Shown here piece by piece: positions 26,707 through 40,317 of a stretch of 64,000 nt of DNA (the first letter of the stretch is position 1; every line of letters begins with the position of its first letter). The stretch comes from Malacoraja senta (lineage: Eukaryota). Under the pieces are notes generated by a model. It was not told the origin of the DNA. It worked only from the letters and a program-made list of their open reading frames with translations, and made no database searches. Position numbers and translations under genes: made by a program. Where the stretch lies: assembly GCA_038087875.1 (NCBI GenBank), contig JAXLNO010000415.1, forward strand, positions 1 through 64,000, read 5' to 3'.

Positions 26707-27620
26707 AGATACATAGATACATAGAAAATAGGTGCAGGAGTAGGCCATTCGGACCTTCGAGCCAGCACCGCCATTCAATATGATCATGGCTGATCATCCA
26801 ACTCAGTATCCCGTACCTGCCTTCTCTCCATACCCCCTGATCCCTTTAGCCACAAGGGCCACATCTAACTCCCTCTTAAATATAGCCAATGAACTGGCCT
26901 CGACTACCCTCTGTGGCAGAGAGTTCCAGAGATTCACCACTCACTGTGTGAAAAAGTTTTTCCTCATCTCGGTCTTAAAGAATTTCCCCCTTATCCATGA
27001 GCTGTGACCCCTTGTCCTGGACTTCCCCAACATCGGGAACAATCTTCCTGCATCTAGCCTGTCCAACCCCATAAGAATTTTGTACGTTTCTATAAGATCC
27101 CCTCTCAATCTCCTAAATTCTAGCGAGTATAAGCCAAGTCTATCCAGTCTTTCTTCATATGAAAGTCCTGACATCCCAGGAATCAGTCTGGTGAACCTAC
27201 TTTGCACTCCCTCTATGGCTATAATGTCCTTCCTCAGATTTGGAGACCAAAACTGTACGCAATACTCCAGGTGTGGTCTCACCAAGACCCTGTACAACTG
27301 CAGTAGAACCTCCCTGCTCCTATACTCAAATCCTCTTGCTATGAAGCCCAACATACCATTCGCTTTCTTCACTGCCTGCTGCACCTGCATGCCTACTTTC
27401 AATGACTGGTGTACCATGACACCCAGGTCTCGCTGCATCTCCCCATTTCCTAATCGGCCACCATTCAGATAATTACCTTCCCGTTTTTGCCACCAAAGTG
27501 GATAACCTCACATTTATCCACATTATACTGCATCTGCCAAACATTTGCCCACTCACCCAGCCTATCCAAGTCACCTTGCAGTCTCCTAGCATCCTCCTCA
27601 CAGCTAACACTGCCCCCCAG
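26707..27620 (-). mobile_element. CR1 LINE 3' fragment (young subfamily)
   Basis: ORF 26941-27438 is the CR1 C-terminus; same tail. Confidence 0.9.
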
Positions 27621-28224
27621 TGATCTATCCATCTCTGCCTTAGAAATATCAAATAGTGGAAGGCCTGGATAGAGTGGATGTGGAGAGGATGTTTTCACTA
27701 GTGGGAGAGTCTAGGACCAGAGGGCACAGCCTCAGAATTAAAGGACGTTCCTTTAGGAAGGAGATAAGGAGGAATGTCTTTAGTCTGTGGATTTTAGGTG
27801 AATCTGTGGAATTCATTGCCACAGACGGCTCTGGATATCTTTAAGGCAGAGATAGATAGATTCTTGATCAGTACGGGTGTCAGGGGTTACGGGGAGATGG
27901 CAGGAGAATGGGGTTAGGAGGGAGAGATAGATCAGCCATGATTGAATGGCGGAGTGGGCTAGATGGGCCGAACGGCCTAATTATGCTCCTAGGACCTATG
28001 AACTTACGAACACGCCATTCGTCCCATCGTGGGATTGCCGACCACCCATTTACATCACTCCGTAGCCTTTCGCACCTGGTGTTGGTTGTCATGCTTCATG
28101 CACCTGGTGCTAGTCTCTGTCTCCACCACCCCCCCTCAGGTGGTCCGCTCCACCCCCAGGGTGACAGATTTTTATCCTCAGATCCGGGCGGCACAGTGGC
28201 GCGTTGGTTAGAGTTGCTGCCTTC

Positions 28225-29003
28225 ACGGCCTGTCCCACTTCGACGACCTAATCCACAAGTTTAGAAGACTCTAGACAAGTTGAAAAAAATGTCACGATCG
28301 TGTTGACTCGCCGAAGTAAAAGACCTCCTACGACTATGTCTACGACCTCCTACGACTATGTCTACGACCTCCTATGACCATGTCTACGACCTCCCACGAG
28401 TATGTCTACGACCTCCCACGAGTATGTCTACGACCTCCTACGACGATGTCTACGACCTCCTACGACTATGTTTACGACCTCCTACGACTATGTTTACGAC
28501 CTCCTACGACTATGTCTACGACCTCCTACGACTATGTTTACGACCTCCTACGACTATGTCTACGACCTCCTACGACTATGTCTACGACCTCCTACGACTA
28601 TGTCTACGACCTCCTACGACTATGTCTACGACCTCCTACGACCCCCCTCGACCTCAGTCTTCCACACCTACGACCAACTACGACTAGCTACGAGTGGACA
28701 TTTTTTTTCTCGGGCCAGTTACCGACCCACGACTGTCTACGACTACCATCACGGCCGACCACCTATGAGTAAAAAGTATCGATTTTTTCCATGCCGCCCT
28801 TTATTTTACTCGTGGACATTTTTGATTAGGCTGGAAAAAACGCCGCGACCTACTTGAGGCCACGAGTACGCAGAGACCACTCACGAGCGGGAGGAAGAGT
28901 TACGAAGACCTCCTACAACCTCTTGGCCACCATGCTGCGAGTGTGAGTCGAGGGCAAACTCGGCAGTGGTCGCCAATTAGGTCGTGAAAGTGGGACAGGG
29001 GTT
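28225..29003. mobile_element. MITE (PIF/Harbinger-like) containing a 22-bp minisatellite
   Basis: TIR ..CCTGTCCCACTT / AAGTGGGACAGG..; about 14 copies of TATGTCTACGACCTCCTACGAC at 28322-28643. Confidence 0.75.
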
Positions 29004-29006
29004 TTA

Positions 29007-29470
29007 TGCTCCTGTCCCACTTAGGCGATTTTTTAGACGACTGCCGCGACTAGGGTGTCGCCTGTACGGTCGTGAGTCGTCTACTCCGTCACCCAAAGAG
29101 TTGTAGCGTTTTTCTGGCCGCCGCTGGATTTTAAAATGTTCGCAACCTTTCGGCGACAGTCGGTGACAGTTGGCGACTGCGGGTTTGACGCCAACGAGCG
29201 TAGCTTGAATTCTCCTGACGTAGGCGCTGACGCAGGTTGTCGCCAGGATGACGTAGGTTGTCACCAGGTGATGACTTCGGGGAATTCCATTGGCGACTAC
29301 CTACGTCAACCGCCGACTGAATTGCCTTACTTTGTCGTAGCTTGTCGCGGGTGGACGTAGGTTGTCGTAGGTGTGGTCATAGGTGGACGTCCTATTGGCT
29401 CGCCGGTTGTCGGTAAATTGCCGTCGTCGCCGGCAGTCGCCGAAACAATCGCCGAAGTGGGAGAGGCACA
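29007..29470. mobile_element. MITE (PIF/Harbinger-like) adjacent to the previous one
   Basis: Same TIR core; TTA on both sides (29004-06, 29471-73). Confidence 0.75.
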
Positions 29471-29580
29471 TTAGAGATTCGGTTCGATCCTGACCTCAGG
29501 TGCTGTCTGTACGGAGTTTGTACCTTCTCCCCGTGACCTGCGTGGGTTTTCTCCGGGTGCTCCGGTTTAGACTTAGACTT

Positions 29581-30878
29581 ACATAGATACATAGAAAATA
29601 GGTGCAGGAGTAGGCCATTCGGCCCTTCGAGCCTGCACCGCCATTCATTATGATCATGGCTGATCATCCAACTCAGTATCCCGTACCTGCCTTCTCTCCA
29701 TACCCCCTGATCCCCTTTAGCCACAAGGGCCACATCTAACTCCCTCTTAAATATAGCCAATGAACTGGCCTCAACTACCCTCTGTGGCAGAGAGTTCCAG
29801 AGATTCACCACTCTCTGTGTAAAAAAGTTTTTCCTCATCTCGGTCTTAAAGGATTTCCCCCTTATCCTTAAGCTGTGACCCCTTGTCCTGGGCTTCCCCA
29901 ACATCGGGAACAATCTTCCTGCATCTAGCCTGTCCAACCCCATAAGAATTTTGTACGTTTCTATAAGATCCCCTCTCAATCTCCTAAATTCTAGCGAGTA
30001 TAAGCCAAGTCTATCCAGTCTTTCTTCATATGAAAGTCCTGACATCCCAGGAATCAGTCTGGTGAACCTTCTCTGCACTCCCTCTATGGCTATAATGTCC
30101 TTCCTCAGATTTGGAGACCAAAACTGTACGCAATACTCCAGGTGTGGTCTCACCAAGACCCTGTACAACTGCAGTAGAACCTCCCTGCTCCTATACTCAA
30201 ATCCTTTTGCTATGAAAGCTAACATACCATTCGCTTTCTTCACTGCCTGCTGCACCTGCATGCCTACTTTCAATGACTGGTGTACCATGACACCCAGGTC
30301 TCGCTGCATCTCCCCATTTCCTAATCGGCCACCATTTAGATAATAGTCTGCTTTCCTGTTTTTGCCACCAAAGTGGATAACCTCACATTTATCCACATTA
30401 TACTGCATCTGCCAAACATTTGCCCACTCACCCAGCCTATCCAAGTCACCTTGCAGCCTCCTAGCATCCTCCTCACAGCTAACACTGCCCCCCAGCTCAG
30501 TGTCATCAGCAAACTTGGAGATGTTGCCTTCAATTCCCTCATCCAGATCATTAATATAAATTGTAAACAGCTGGGGTCCCAGCACTGAGCCTTGCGGTAC
30601 CCCACTAGTCACTGCCTGCCATTGTGAAAAGGACCCGTTTACTCCTAGTCTTTGCTTCCTGTCTGCCAGCCAGTTCTCTATCAACATCAATACTGAACCC
30701 CCAATACCGTGTGCTTTAAGTTTGTATACTAATCTCTTATGTGGTACCTTGTCGAAAGCCTTCTGAAAGTCCAGATACAACACATCCACTGGTTCTCCCC
30801 TATCCACTCTACTAGTTACATCCTCGAAAAATTCTATAAGATTCGTCAGACACGATTTACCTTTCGTAAATCCATGCT
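29581..30878 (-). mobile_element. CR1 LINE, 5'-truncated, RT domain and 3' tail
   Basis: ORF 29392-30807: [37 protein letters not shown]; (TATGTATC)n tail. Confidence 0.95.
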
Positions 30879-31545
30879 TAGATTCCTTTATTATCAGTCA
30901 GACCTTTCGGTCTGAACGAAACTTCATTGCCTGCAGTCATACATATAATAAATAACAAAACACACAATAAACACAAATTAACATCCACCACAGTGAGTTC
31001 ACCAGGCACCTCCTCACTGTGATGGAGGCAAAAGTCTTAAAGTCTCTGTCTCTTCCCTCTTTGTTCTCCCTCTGCGCTGAGGCAATCCAGGCTTCTGACG
31101 TTGTGACCCAGCCGGGTGATGGTAAGTCAATCCCGCGGCTGAATCCGTGCTCCGTCCGCGATGGGCCGGTTCAAACTCCGCGGCCCGGGGTGGCCGAAGC
31201 TGCCGCCCTCCAGGCCAGCGGACGCAGCTGTAGTTGCGGGAGCCCCAGAAAAAACAGGTCACCCACCTGTGACCTGCGAGCTCCCGACGATGTCGTCCAC
31301 CGGGCCAGTCGCGGCCGACCCTCCGGACTCAGGTGGGTGCGTCACCAGCGTCCTCGGTCGCCACCACCGGAACACCACCGCAGCTCCGAAGCCGGCCAGC
31401 CTCGCGCTGGCAAGTCCTGGCTCTGCCTCCGGAGCCTCGAGGTCGGTCGGTCGGTCACAGTAGGAGTTGGAGGCCGGCAGCTCCACCATTTTGGCCTCGG
31501 CGCAGACGGAGGCAGAGAAGGGGGACACGACAAGAAAAAGTCCCC
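30879..31545 (-). mobile_element. GC-rich non-autonomous retroposon with Rex1-type 3' tail
   Basis: 3' region homologous to 59820-60025, with conserved hairpins and AATAAA. Confidence 0.55.
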
Positions 31546-32734
31546 AGCTTTAGTTGTTGCGATCATCCCGCCGAGTTGGCGCTGACCAGCGATCGATCCC
31601 CGCACACGAACACTATCCCACACACACTGGGGACAATTTACAATCTTACAAAAACGTTTTTTCCTACAAACCTGCGCGTCTTTGGAGTGTGGGAGGAAAC
31701 CGGAGCACAGGAAGGAAACCAACGCGGGCCACGGGGGGAACGTACAAACTCCGTACAGACAGCACCCGTAGTCAGGATCGAATCCGGGTCTCTGGCGCTG
31801 AGAGGCAGCAGCTCTACCCGCTGCGCCACCGTGCCCAAGACTGTAGGATTATGCTAGAGAACGGGGTGATCACTGCTCGGCACGGACTCGGTGGGCCGAA
31901 GGGCCTTCATCCACTCTGTACCTCTAAAGTAAGTTTAAAATCCCCTCCAAACAATAGACAATAGACAATAAACAATAGGTGCAGGAGTAGGCCATTCGGC
32001 CCTTCAAGCCAGCACCACAATTCAATGTGATCATGGCTGATCATCCACAATCAGTACCCCGTTCCTGCCTTCTCCCCATATCCCCTGACTCCGCTATCTT
32101 TAAGAGCCCTATCTAGCTCTCTCTTGAAAGCATCCAGAGAACCTGCCTCCACCGCCCTCTGAGGCAGAGAATTCCACAGACTCACCACTCTCTGTGAGAA
32201 AAAGTGTTTCCTCGTCTCTGTTCTAAATGGCTTACTCCTTATTCTTCAACTGTGGCCCCTGGTTCTGGACTCCCCCAACATCGGGAACATGTTTCCTGCC
32301 TCCAGCGTGTCCAAACCCGTAATAATCATATATGTTTCAATAAGATTCCCTCTCATCCTTCTAAACTCAAGTGTGTACAAGCCCAGACGCTCCAAACCTC
32401 TGCCGTCAGGCGAAATTTCCTGATATCTACCGACAGCCCTGCCCCCACCCCCCACCTCCCTCCAAATCTGCACCCCTCCATATTTTCGAATTGGGACGGG
32501 GGATGAGGAGTGGGCGGAGGGGAGAGAGGGGCTGGAAGAAAGGGGAATTGGGAGCAGGCTGTGTTTATCCGCGGCAATAACAATGCAGCCTCTCACGGTC
32601 GGGACAGGTCTGATCACAGCCGTGGGCTGTTAATAGCAGGCTGTCAACCACTAATAACACAGTATTCACCCCGGCATTCCTCTCCGCACCCAACCAAGCT
32701 GCCAAGCCAGTGAATGCTGCTCAGGGACAGAACC

Positions 32735-33110
32735 TGGTACAAAATCATGAGAGGAATAGATCGGGTAGACGCACAGAGTCTCTTGCCCAGAGTAGGGGAA
32801 TCGAGGACCAGAGGACACAGGTTCAAGGTGAAGGGGAAAAGATTTAATAGGAATCTGAGGGGTGACTTTTTTCACACAAAGGGTGGTGGGTGTATGGAAC
32901 AAGCTGCCGGAGGAGGTAGTTGAGGCTGGGACTAACCCAACGTTTAAGAAGCAGTTAGACAGGTACGTGGATAGGACAGGTTTGGAGGGATATGGACCAA
33001 GCGCGGGCAGGTGGGACTAGTGTAGCTGGGACATGTTGGCCGGTGTGGGCAAGTTGGGCCGAAGGGCCTGTTTCCATGCTGTATCACTCTATGAGTCTAT
33101 GAGTCTATGA
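32735..33110 (+). mobile_element. CR1/HER1-like LINE 3' end sharing its tail with the V-SINE
   Basis: YKIMRGIDRVDAQSLLPRVGESRTRGH; tail GGGCCGAAGGGCCTGTTTCC is also the SINE 3' end. Relatives near 22255-22600, 35550-35935, 50080-51350. Confidence 0.8.
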
Positions 33111-33205
33111 CACAGAAGGGGCGGTGTTGAAGGTGGCAGCTCGGCAGAGACACAAGGAACAACAGTTGCTGGTTTACCAATGGTCGGCGCGGTGGCGCAG
33201 CGTTA

Positions 33206-33674
33206 AGGGGCTGTCCCACTTGGCCGTCATTTGCGCCTCATTTACGCGTCATATGTAAAATAGGTCGACGCGTGGGGTGCGCGTGGGTCACGCACGGATT
33301 GCGCATGGTGAGGCGTGGAATCGCATGCGATGGCGCGCGGTATCGAGCGACGCTCCAGGATTTCGTAGTGTAACGAAATCCTCGCACGCCATGTGCGTGA
33401 CATATCGTGTACGCACGCTGACGCATTGGCGTCACGCTGGCGTCCCGACGTCTCACGTGTACCGCGCGTGGTGACGCATGGTTACGTCACCATGCGTCGA
33501 TGTCAGGAACAATGCGTCGCCGTGCGTCTCAGGGTATTCTAATGATGTCACGCGCACCAGACGGCTGTGCTGGCGCGTGATTTGCGCGCGACGCCGCGCA
33601 TCACGATGCGTCGACCTATTTTACATATGACGCGTAAATGAGGCGCAAATGACGGCCAAGTGGGACAGGCCCCT
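33206..33674. mobile_element. MITE (PIF/Harbinger-like) with about 65-bp near-perfect inverted ends, inside a SINE
   Basis: TTA TSD (33203-05, 33675-77). Confidence 0.82.
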
Positions 33675-34656
33675 TTAGAGTTGCTGCCTCACAGCGCCAG
33701 AGACCCAGGTTCCATCCTGACTACGGGTGCAGTCTGCACGGAGTTTGCACGTTCTCCCCGTGACCACGTGGGTTTTCCCCGGGTGCTCCGGTTTCCTCCC
33801 ACACTCCAAAGACCTGCGGGTTTGTAGGTGAATTGGCTTCGGTAAGTTGGACCTAGCGTGGATGTGACAGTAGGGAAATATAGAACCAGTGTGAACAGGT
33901 AAACATGAAGGAACTGCGGAGGCTGGTTTAGACAGACGCAAAATGCCGGTGTAACTCAGCGGGACAGGCAGCATCTCTGGAGAGAAGGAACGGGTGACGT
34001 TTCGGGTCGGGACCCTTCTTCAGACCAGTGTGAGCGGGTGATCGATGGTCAGCGTGGGCTCGGTGGGCCGAAGGGCCTGTTTCCATGCTGTTTCTCTAAC
34101 ACTAACCATAAACTAAAACAGACACAAAGTGCTGGAGTAACTCAGCGGGTCAGGCAGCATCCCCGGGGAACATGGATAGACGATGTTTTTGGATGAGTCT
34201 GAGCAAGATTTCCCGAACCAAAAGGTCGCCTGTCTGTGTTCTTCAGAGATGCTGCCTGGGAGGTTTGGAGGGATATGGACGGTGGCGCAGCGGTAGAGTT
34301 GCTGCCTTACAGCGCTTGGTTCGATCCCGACTACGGGTGCTGTCTGTACGGAGTTTGCACGATCTCCCCGTGACCTGCGTGGGTTTTCTCCGAGATCTTC
34401 GGTTTCTTCCCGCACTCCAAAGACGTACTGGTCTGTTGGTCAATTGGCTCGGTGAATGTAAAAATTGTCCCTAGTGGATGTAGGATAGTGTTAGCGTGCG
34501 GGGATCGCTGGTCGGCGCGGACCCGGTGGGCCGAAGGGCCTGTTTCCGGCGCTGTATCTCTAGAACTAAAGACCCGCTGGGATGGTGGGTTAATTCAGCA
34601 CTTTGTGTCTCAAACACTGGGCACTGCAGATGCCGGTTTACACCGAAGACAGACGC

Positions 34657-35549
34657 AAAATGCTGGAGAAACTCAGCGGGTGCAGCAGCATCTATGGAGC
34701 GAAGGAAATAGGCAACGTTTCGGGCCAAAACCCTTCTTCAGACTGATAGAGGGTGGGGAGAAGAAAGGAAAAAAGGAAAAAGGCGGAGGAGGAGCCTGAG
34801 GGCTGGGGGAGGGGAGGAGACAACCAGAGGGCTGATGAAGGGGAGGGGACAGCAAGGGCTAGCAGAATTGGGAGAATTCAATTTTCAAGCCCCCAGGATG
34901 TAGACTGCCCAAGCGGAATATGAGGTGCATTTTCTCCAATTTCCGGTGTTGCTCACTGTGGCCATGGAGGAGACCCAGGACAGAGAGGTCAGATACGGAA
35001 TGGGAGGGGGAGTTGAAGTGCTGAGCCACCGAGAGGTCAAGTTGGTTATTGCGGACCGACCGGAGGTGTTCGGCGAAACGATCGCCAAGCCTCCGCTTGG
35101 TCTCACCGATATAGATCAGCTGGCATCTAGAGCAGCGGATGCAATAGCTGAGGTTGGAGGAGAAGCAGGTGAACCTCTGTCGCACCTGGAACGACTGCTT
35201 GGGTCCTTGAATGGAGTCGAGGGGGGAAGTGAAGGGACAAGTGTTGCATCTCTTGCGGTTGCAAGGGAAAGTACCAGGGGAGGGGGTGGTATGGGAGGGA
35301 AGGGAAGAATTGACAAGGGAGTTACGGAGGGAGTGGTCTTTGCGGATGGCAGACATGGGGGGAGATGGGAAGATGTGGCGAGTGGTGGAGTCACGTTGGA
35401 GATGGCGAAACTGACGGAGGATCACTTGTTGTATGTGACGGCTGGTGGGGTGAAAGGTGAGGACTAGGGGGACTCTGCCCTTGTTGCGAGTGGGGGGATG
35501 GGGAGAGAGAGCAGTGTTGCGGGGTATGGCAGAGACCCTGGTGCGAGCC
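34657..35549 (-). mobile_element. Penelope-like element 3' part: GIY-YIG endonuclease plus terminal repeat
   Basis: ORF 34859-35425 has Cys-rich linker CNRKRCNTC, then YCIRC...YIGET...RFAEH and HF..PSH motifs. Confidence 0.88.
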
Positions 35550-37321
35550 TTGGGCCCACACTGGCCAACAATGTCCCAGCTACACTAGTCCCACCTGCCT
35601 GCGCTTGGCCCATATCCCTCCAAACCTGTCCTATCCACGTACCTGTCTAACTGTTTCTTAAACGTTGGGATAGTCCCAGCCTCAACTACCTCCTCTGGCA
35701 GCTCGTTCCATACACCCACCGCCCTTTGTGTGGAAAAGTTACCCCTCAGATTCCTATTAAATCCTTTCCCCTTCACCGTGAACCTGGTCCTCAATTCCTC
35801 TTCTCTGTCCATCTACCCGATCTATTCCTCTCATGATTTTATACACCTCAATAAGATCACCCCTCATCCTCCTGCGCTCCAAGGGATAGAGACACAACCT
35901 ATTCGACTTCTCCCTGTAGCTCAGACGCTCAAGTCATAGAAACATAGAAACATAGAAACATAGAAAATAGGTGCAGGAGGAGGCCATTCTACTCTTCGAG
36001 CCAGCACCGCCATTCATTGTGATCATGGCTGATCGTCCCCAATCAATAACCCGTGCCTGCCTTCTCCCCATATCCCTTGACTCCACTCGCCCCTAGAGCT
36101 CTATCTAACTCTCTCTTAAATCCATCCAGTGACTTGGCCTCCACTGCCCTCTGTGGCAGGGAATTTCACAAATTCACAACTCTCTGGGTGAAAACGATTT
36201 TTCTCACCTCAGTCTTAAATGGCCCCTGGTTCTGGACTCGCCCAACATTGGGAACATTTTTCCTGCATCTAGCTTGTCCAGTCCTTTTTTAAAAATAATT
36301 TTAGGTAGACAAAAGTGCTGGAGAAACTCGGCGGGTGCAGCAGCATCTATGGAGCGAAGGAAATATTCAAGGTGTCGGGTCGAAACCCTTTCTCAGACTC
36401 AAATTTTATAATTTTATATGTTTCTATAAGAATCCCCTCATCCTTCTAAACTTCAGTGAATACAAGCCTAGTCTTTTCAATCTTTCCTCATATGACAGTC
36501 CCGCCATCCCAGGGATCAATCTCGTGAACCTACGCTGCACTGCCTCAATCACAAGGATGTCCTTCCTCAAATTAGGAGACCAAAACTGTACACAATACTC
36601 CAGATGTGGTCTCACCAGGGCCCTATACAACTGCAGAAGAACCTCTTTACTCCTATACTGAAATCCTCTTGTTATATCCCAGCAACGTCCTCGTAAATCT
36701 TCTCTGTACCCTTTCCAGCTTGACAACCTGCAGTTCATCCCTCCACATCAACACCGTCTATATATCTCTCGTTTCCCTTATCCCCTAACCAGTCTGAAGA
36801 AGGGCCTCGACCCGAAACGTCACCCATTCCTTCTCTCTGGAGATGCTGCCCGTCCCGCTGAGTTACTCCAGCGTTTTGTGTCTGTCCAAAGCTGAAGAAT
36901 ATGGCTTTGAGTATTAAGCCGATCGAGAACACGGACTGTGGTCCTCCAGTCAACCAAAACGTGATCTAGAACCAACGTTTTGTGTTTGAACTCAAACCTG
37001 TGCCCCAGGTCTTGTTTCCTGAAACAAGAGCTAAAAGTCTCCGCATTGTAAAGACTGATTCATCAATTAGTTTAAATTAATTAATTGCCACTTGGCTTAA
37101 AATAAGTATACACTGCACTCACTAGGCAAAGTCCAACAGCATTGACTAAGGAAAGTTCCTGCGATCAAACGGAACAGTCGGAGTCTGTTATAATGTTAGA
37201 AAAACAGAGCAGTAATCCTTCGGAAACCAGCAGAGGATGATCAAATCATTGATTAAGTCCGGGAAAGTAAAATATAGGACTAATGCCGCGAGTTACTGGG
37301 CGACACGGTGGCGCTGCAGTG

Positions 37322-37538
37322 AGGGCCTGTCCCACTTGGGCGTCAGGTGGCGTGCAAAGATTTTGTCAATCCCAAAATCCTGGGGTGCTGCCCGCGACCA
37401 CGCGTCACTGCCTACGTCACCACGCACCATGCGCGCGTAATGCACGCCATGCACGCGTAATGCACGCCATGCGCATCGTGACGCGTGAATGATGTCGCGT
37501 AAATGATGCGCAAATGACTCCCAAGTGGGACAGGCCCT
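37322..37538. mobile_element. MITE, deleted relative of 33206-33674, inside a SINE
   Basis: AGGGCCTGTCCCACTT ... AAGTGGGACAGGCCCT. Confidence 0.78.
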
Positions 37539-37999
37539 GCAGAGTTGCTGCCTCACAGCGCCGGAGACCCGGGTTCCATCCCGACTGCGGGCGGCTGTCT
37601 CTACGGAGTTTGTACCTTCTCCCCGGGACCTGCGTGGGTTTTCTCCGGGATCTCCGGTTTTCTCCCACACTCCAAAAGCGTGCAGGTTTGTTGGCTAATT
37701 GGCTTGGGTATAGATGTAAAATTGTCCCTAGTGTGTTTTGGATTGCGTTAGTGTGCTGGGATCGCTGGTCGGCGCGGACTCGGTGGGCCGAAAGGACCGT
37801 TTCCACGCTGTAATTTTAAACTAAACTCCACCAGAACAATGTGATGCATCTATTTGATGAACCAGATCCCGAGAATGATCAGGCTTTACATTTTTTAATT
37901 TGTTAGAGATGTTGTCTTTTTAATTACTGCTATATAATTCCCTTCAACTACTAATTCGCTCCACTCCCATTGATCCAGGATGTCAAGATAGTCCTCTTA

Positions 38000-38480
38000 C
38001 ACAAGAACGATCCCAGGAACCAGTGGGTTAACCTATGATGAGCGTTTGTCGGCACTGGGCCTGTACTCGCTGGAGTTTAGAAGAATGAAGGGGGGACCTC
38101 ATTGAAACGTTACCGAATAGTGAAAGGCTTGGATAGAGTGGATGTGGAGACGATGTTTCCACTGGTGGGAGAGTCTAGGACCAGAGGTCGTAGCCTCAGA
38201 ATTAAAGGATGTTCCTTTAGGAAGGAGATGAGGAGGAATTTCTATAGTCAGAGGGTGGTGAATCTGTGGAATTCTTTGCCACAGAAGGCTATGGAGGCCA
38301 AGTCAGTGGATATTTTAAGGCAGAGATAGATAGATTCTTGATTAGTACGGGTGTCAGGGGTTATGGGGAGAAGGCAGGAGAATGGGGTTAGGAGGGAGAG
38401 ATAGATCAGCCATGATTGAATGATGGATTAGTCTAGATGGGCCAAATGGCCTAATTCTGCTCTAATCACATTACCTTATG
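38000..38480 (+). mobile_element. Second CR1 family 3' fragment
   Basis: KGLDRVDVETMFPLVGESRTRG peptide. Relatives near 2480-2975, 18600-18950, 23085-23455, 27620-27980, 55487-55830, 57335-58030. Confidence 0.85.
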
Positions 38481-38559
38481 ACCTTATGGTCGCAAGAATC
38501 ATTCCGAAACTCCCTCTTAGACGGCCTACGATACCAATACAGGGGAGGGGAGCTGAACA

Positions 38560-39003
38560 GTCAAGTCAAGTCAAGTCACTTTTATTTCTATAGCACATTT
38601 AAAAAACAACTCTCGTTGACCAAAGTGCTTTACAATGGTGGAGGTACCAACGTTATACAACAGTGGTTCATAGATTAAGTACATACATAAATACATACAT
38701 ATAGCCCTCCCTCAGAGGACGTCAAGAAAGGCTTGGGAGTATAGATAAGTATTTAGTCTTGACTTAAAAGAGTCGATGGAGGAGGCAGTTCTGATGGGAA
38801 GGGGGATGCTGTTCCACAGTCTAGGAGCTGCAACCGCAAAGGCGCGGTCGCCCCTCAGCTTATGCCTAGGCCGTGGGATATTCAGCAACCCCAAGTCGGC
38901 CGATCTGAGGGACCTGGAGGTGGAGTGGTGGGTGAGAAGACTTTTAATGTAGGTGGGGGGCAAGCCCGTTGAGGGCTTTGTAGACATAGAGGAGGATCTT
39001 GAA
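38560..39003 (-). mobile_element. L2-clade LINE 3' end
   Basis: RSLRSADLGLLNIPR...GDRAFAVAAPRLWNSIP...FKSRLNTYLY; (TTGAC)n tail. Confidence 0.85.
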
Positions 39004-39970
39004 GGAGAACAGCAGACACAACTCCCAAATGTGGCCCTCGCCAGTACCCACCACTACCCCAACTACATCAGGGAACAAGGAACTTGCTCAGGAAAAACAA
39101 CATGTCCGCAACAACTCTCACCAACTTCCACAGAGGCGTCACAGAAAGCATCTTACCGGATGCATCACAGCACGGTTTGGGAACAGCTCCGTCCAAGACA
39201 GCAAGATAATGGCAGAGAGTTGTGGACCCAGCCCAGACCATCACGCAAACCAACCTCCCTTCCACAGACTCCATCCACATCTCATGCTGCCTCGGCAAGG
39301 CCAGCAGCCCAGACCATCACGCAAACCAACCTCCCTTCCACTGACTCCATCCACACCTCACGCTGCCTCGGCAAGGCCAGCAGCCCAGACCATCACGCAA
39401 ACCAACCTCCCTTCCACTGACTCCATCCACACCCTCACGCTGCCTCGGCAAGGCCAGCAGCCCAGACCATCGCACAAACCAACCTCCCTTCCATTGACTC
39501 CATCTACACCTCACGCTGCCTCGGCAAGGCCAGCAGCATAATCAAGGACCAGTCTCACCCCGGCCACTCCCTCTTCTCCCCTCTCCCATCGGGCAAGAGG
39601 TACAGAAGTGTGAAAACGCACACCTCCACAGCTGGTCTCACAGCGCCAGAGACCCGGGTTCGATCCTGACCGTATGCGCTGTCTTTTTGGAGCTTGCATG
39701 TTCTCCCTGTGACCGCGCGGGTTTCTCTAGATGCTCCGGTTTCCTTCCACATCCTGAGCACTTGCCGGGCAGGTTATTCACACAGAGGGCAGTGGGTGGG
39801 TGGCTGGAATGGTAGTGTGTGTGTGGTGGCTGGAGAGATCGCGTGCGGGATTTATGGTAATGATGTCCTGTGTGTAAACGGGTGGTTAATGGGTGGCACG
39901 GACTACTGGATGGGCCGAAGGGCCTGCTTCTATGCTCTATGCCTCCATGGGAATAGCCCTGTCCAATGGG

Positions 39971-40295
39971 AGGCGGCACGGTGGCGCAGCGGTAGAGTTG
40001 CTGCCTCACAGCGCCAGAGACCCCGGTTCCATCCTGACCTCGGGAGCTGTCTGTACGGAGTTTGCACGTTCTCCCCGCGACCTGCGTAGGGATTTTCTCT
40101 CCGGATGCTCCGGTTTCCTCCCACACTCCAAAGGCGTGCAGGTTTGTAAATTAATTGGCTTGTGGTCATTCTAAATTGTCCCTAGTCTCTGTGGGACGGA
40201 GCCAACATGTGGGATCGCTGGTCGGCACGGACTCGGTGGGCTGAAGGGCCTGTTCCAGCACGGTATCTCTAAACTAAACTGAACTAAACTAAGCT
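39971..40295 (+). mobile_element. tRNA-derived V-SINE (HE1-like), full-length representative
   Basis: A-box-like GGTGGCGCAGCGG, B-box-like GGTTC(G/C)ATCC, V-domain GGAGTTTGCACGTTCTCCCC...CTCCGGTTTCCTCCCACA, CR1-type tail, (AAACT)n. More than 20 other copies, e.g. 293-545, 7124-7420, 11211-11480, 34279-34570, 56961-57245 (+); 2118-2413, 5005-5270, 18100-18500, 22600-22885, 25310-25605, 31582-31835 (-). Confidence 0.88.
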
Positions 40296-40317
40296 AATTG
40301 AACACGCTTCCTAACTC

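Noticed and set aside
28322..28643. CRISPR-like 22-bp repeats and three overlapping ORFs
   Set aside because: Contiguous tandem repeat with no spacers, inside a MITE
29392..30807. 471-aa reverse transcriptase as an intact or domesticated gene
   Set aside because: 5'-truncated CR1 without endonuclease, frameshifted at the 3' end and reading into a SINE
31019..31585. 188-aa ORF / CpG island of a nested gene (also 59165-59903)
   Set aside because: GC-rich body of a retroposon with a recognisable 3' tail; no homology recognised
39971..40045. tRNA genes
   Set aside because: tRNA-like heads continue into the SINE V-domain and tail in every copy
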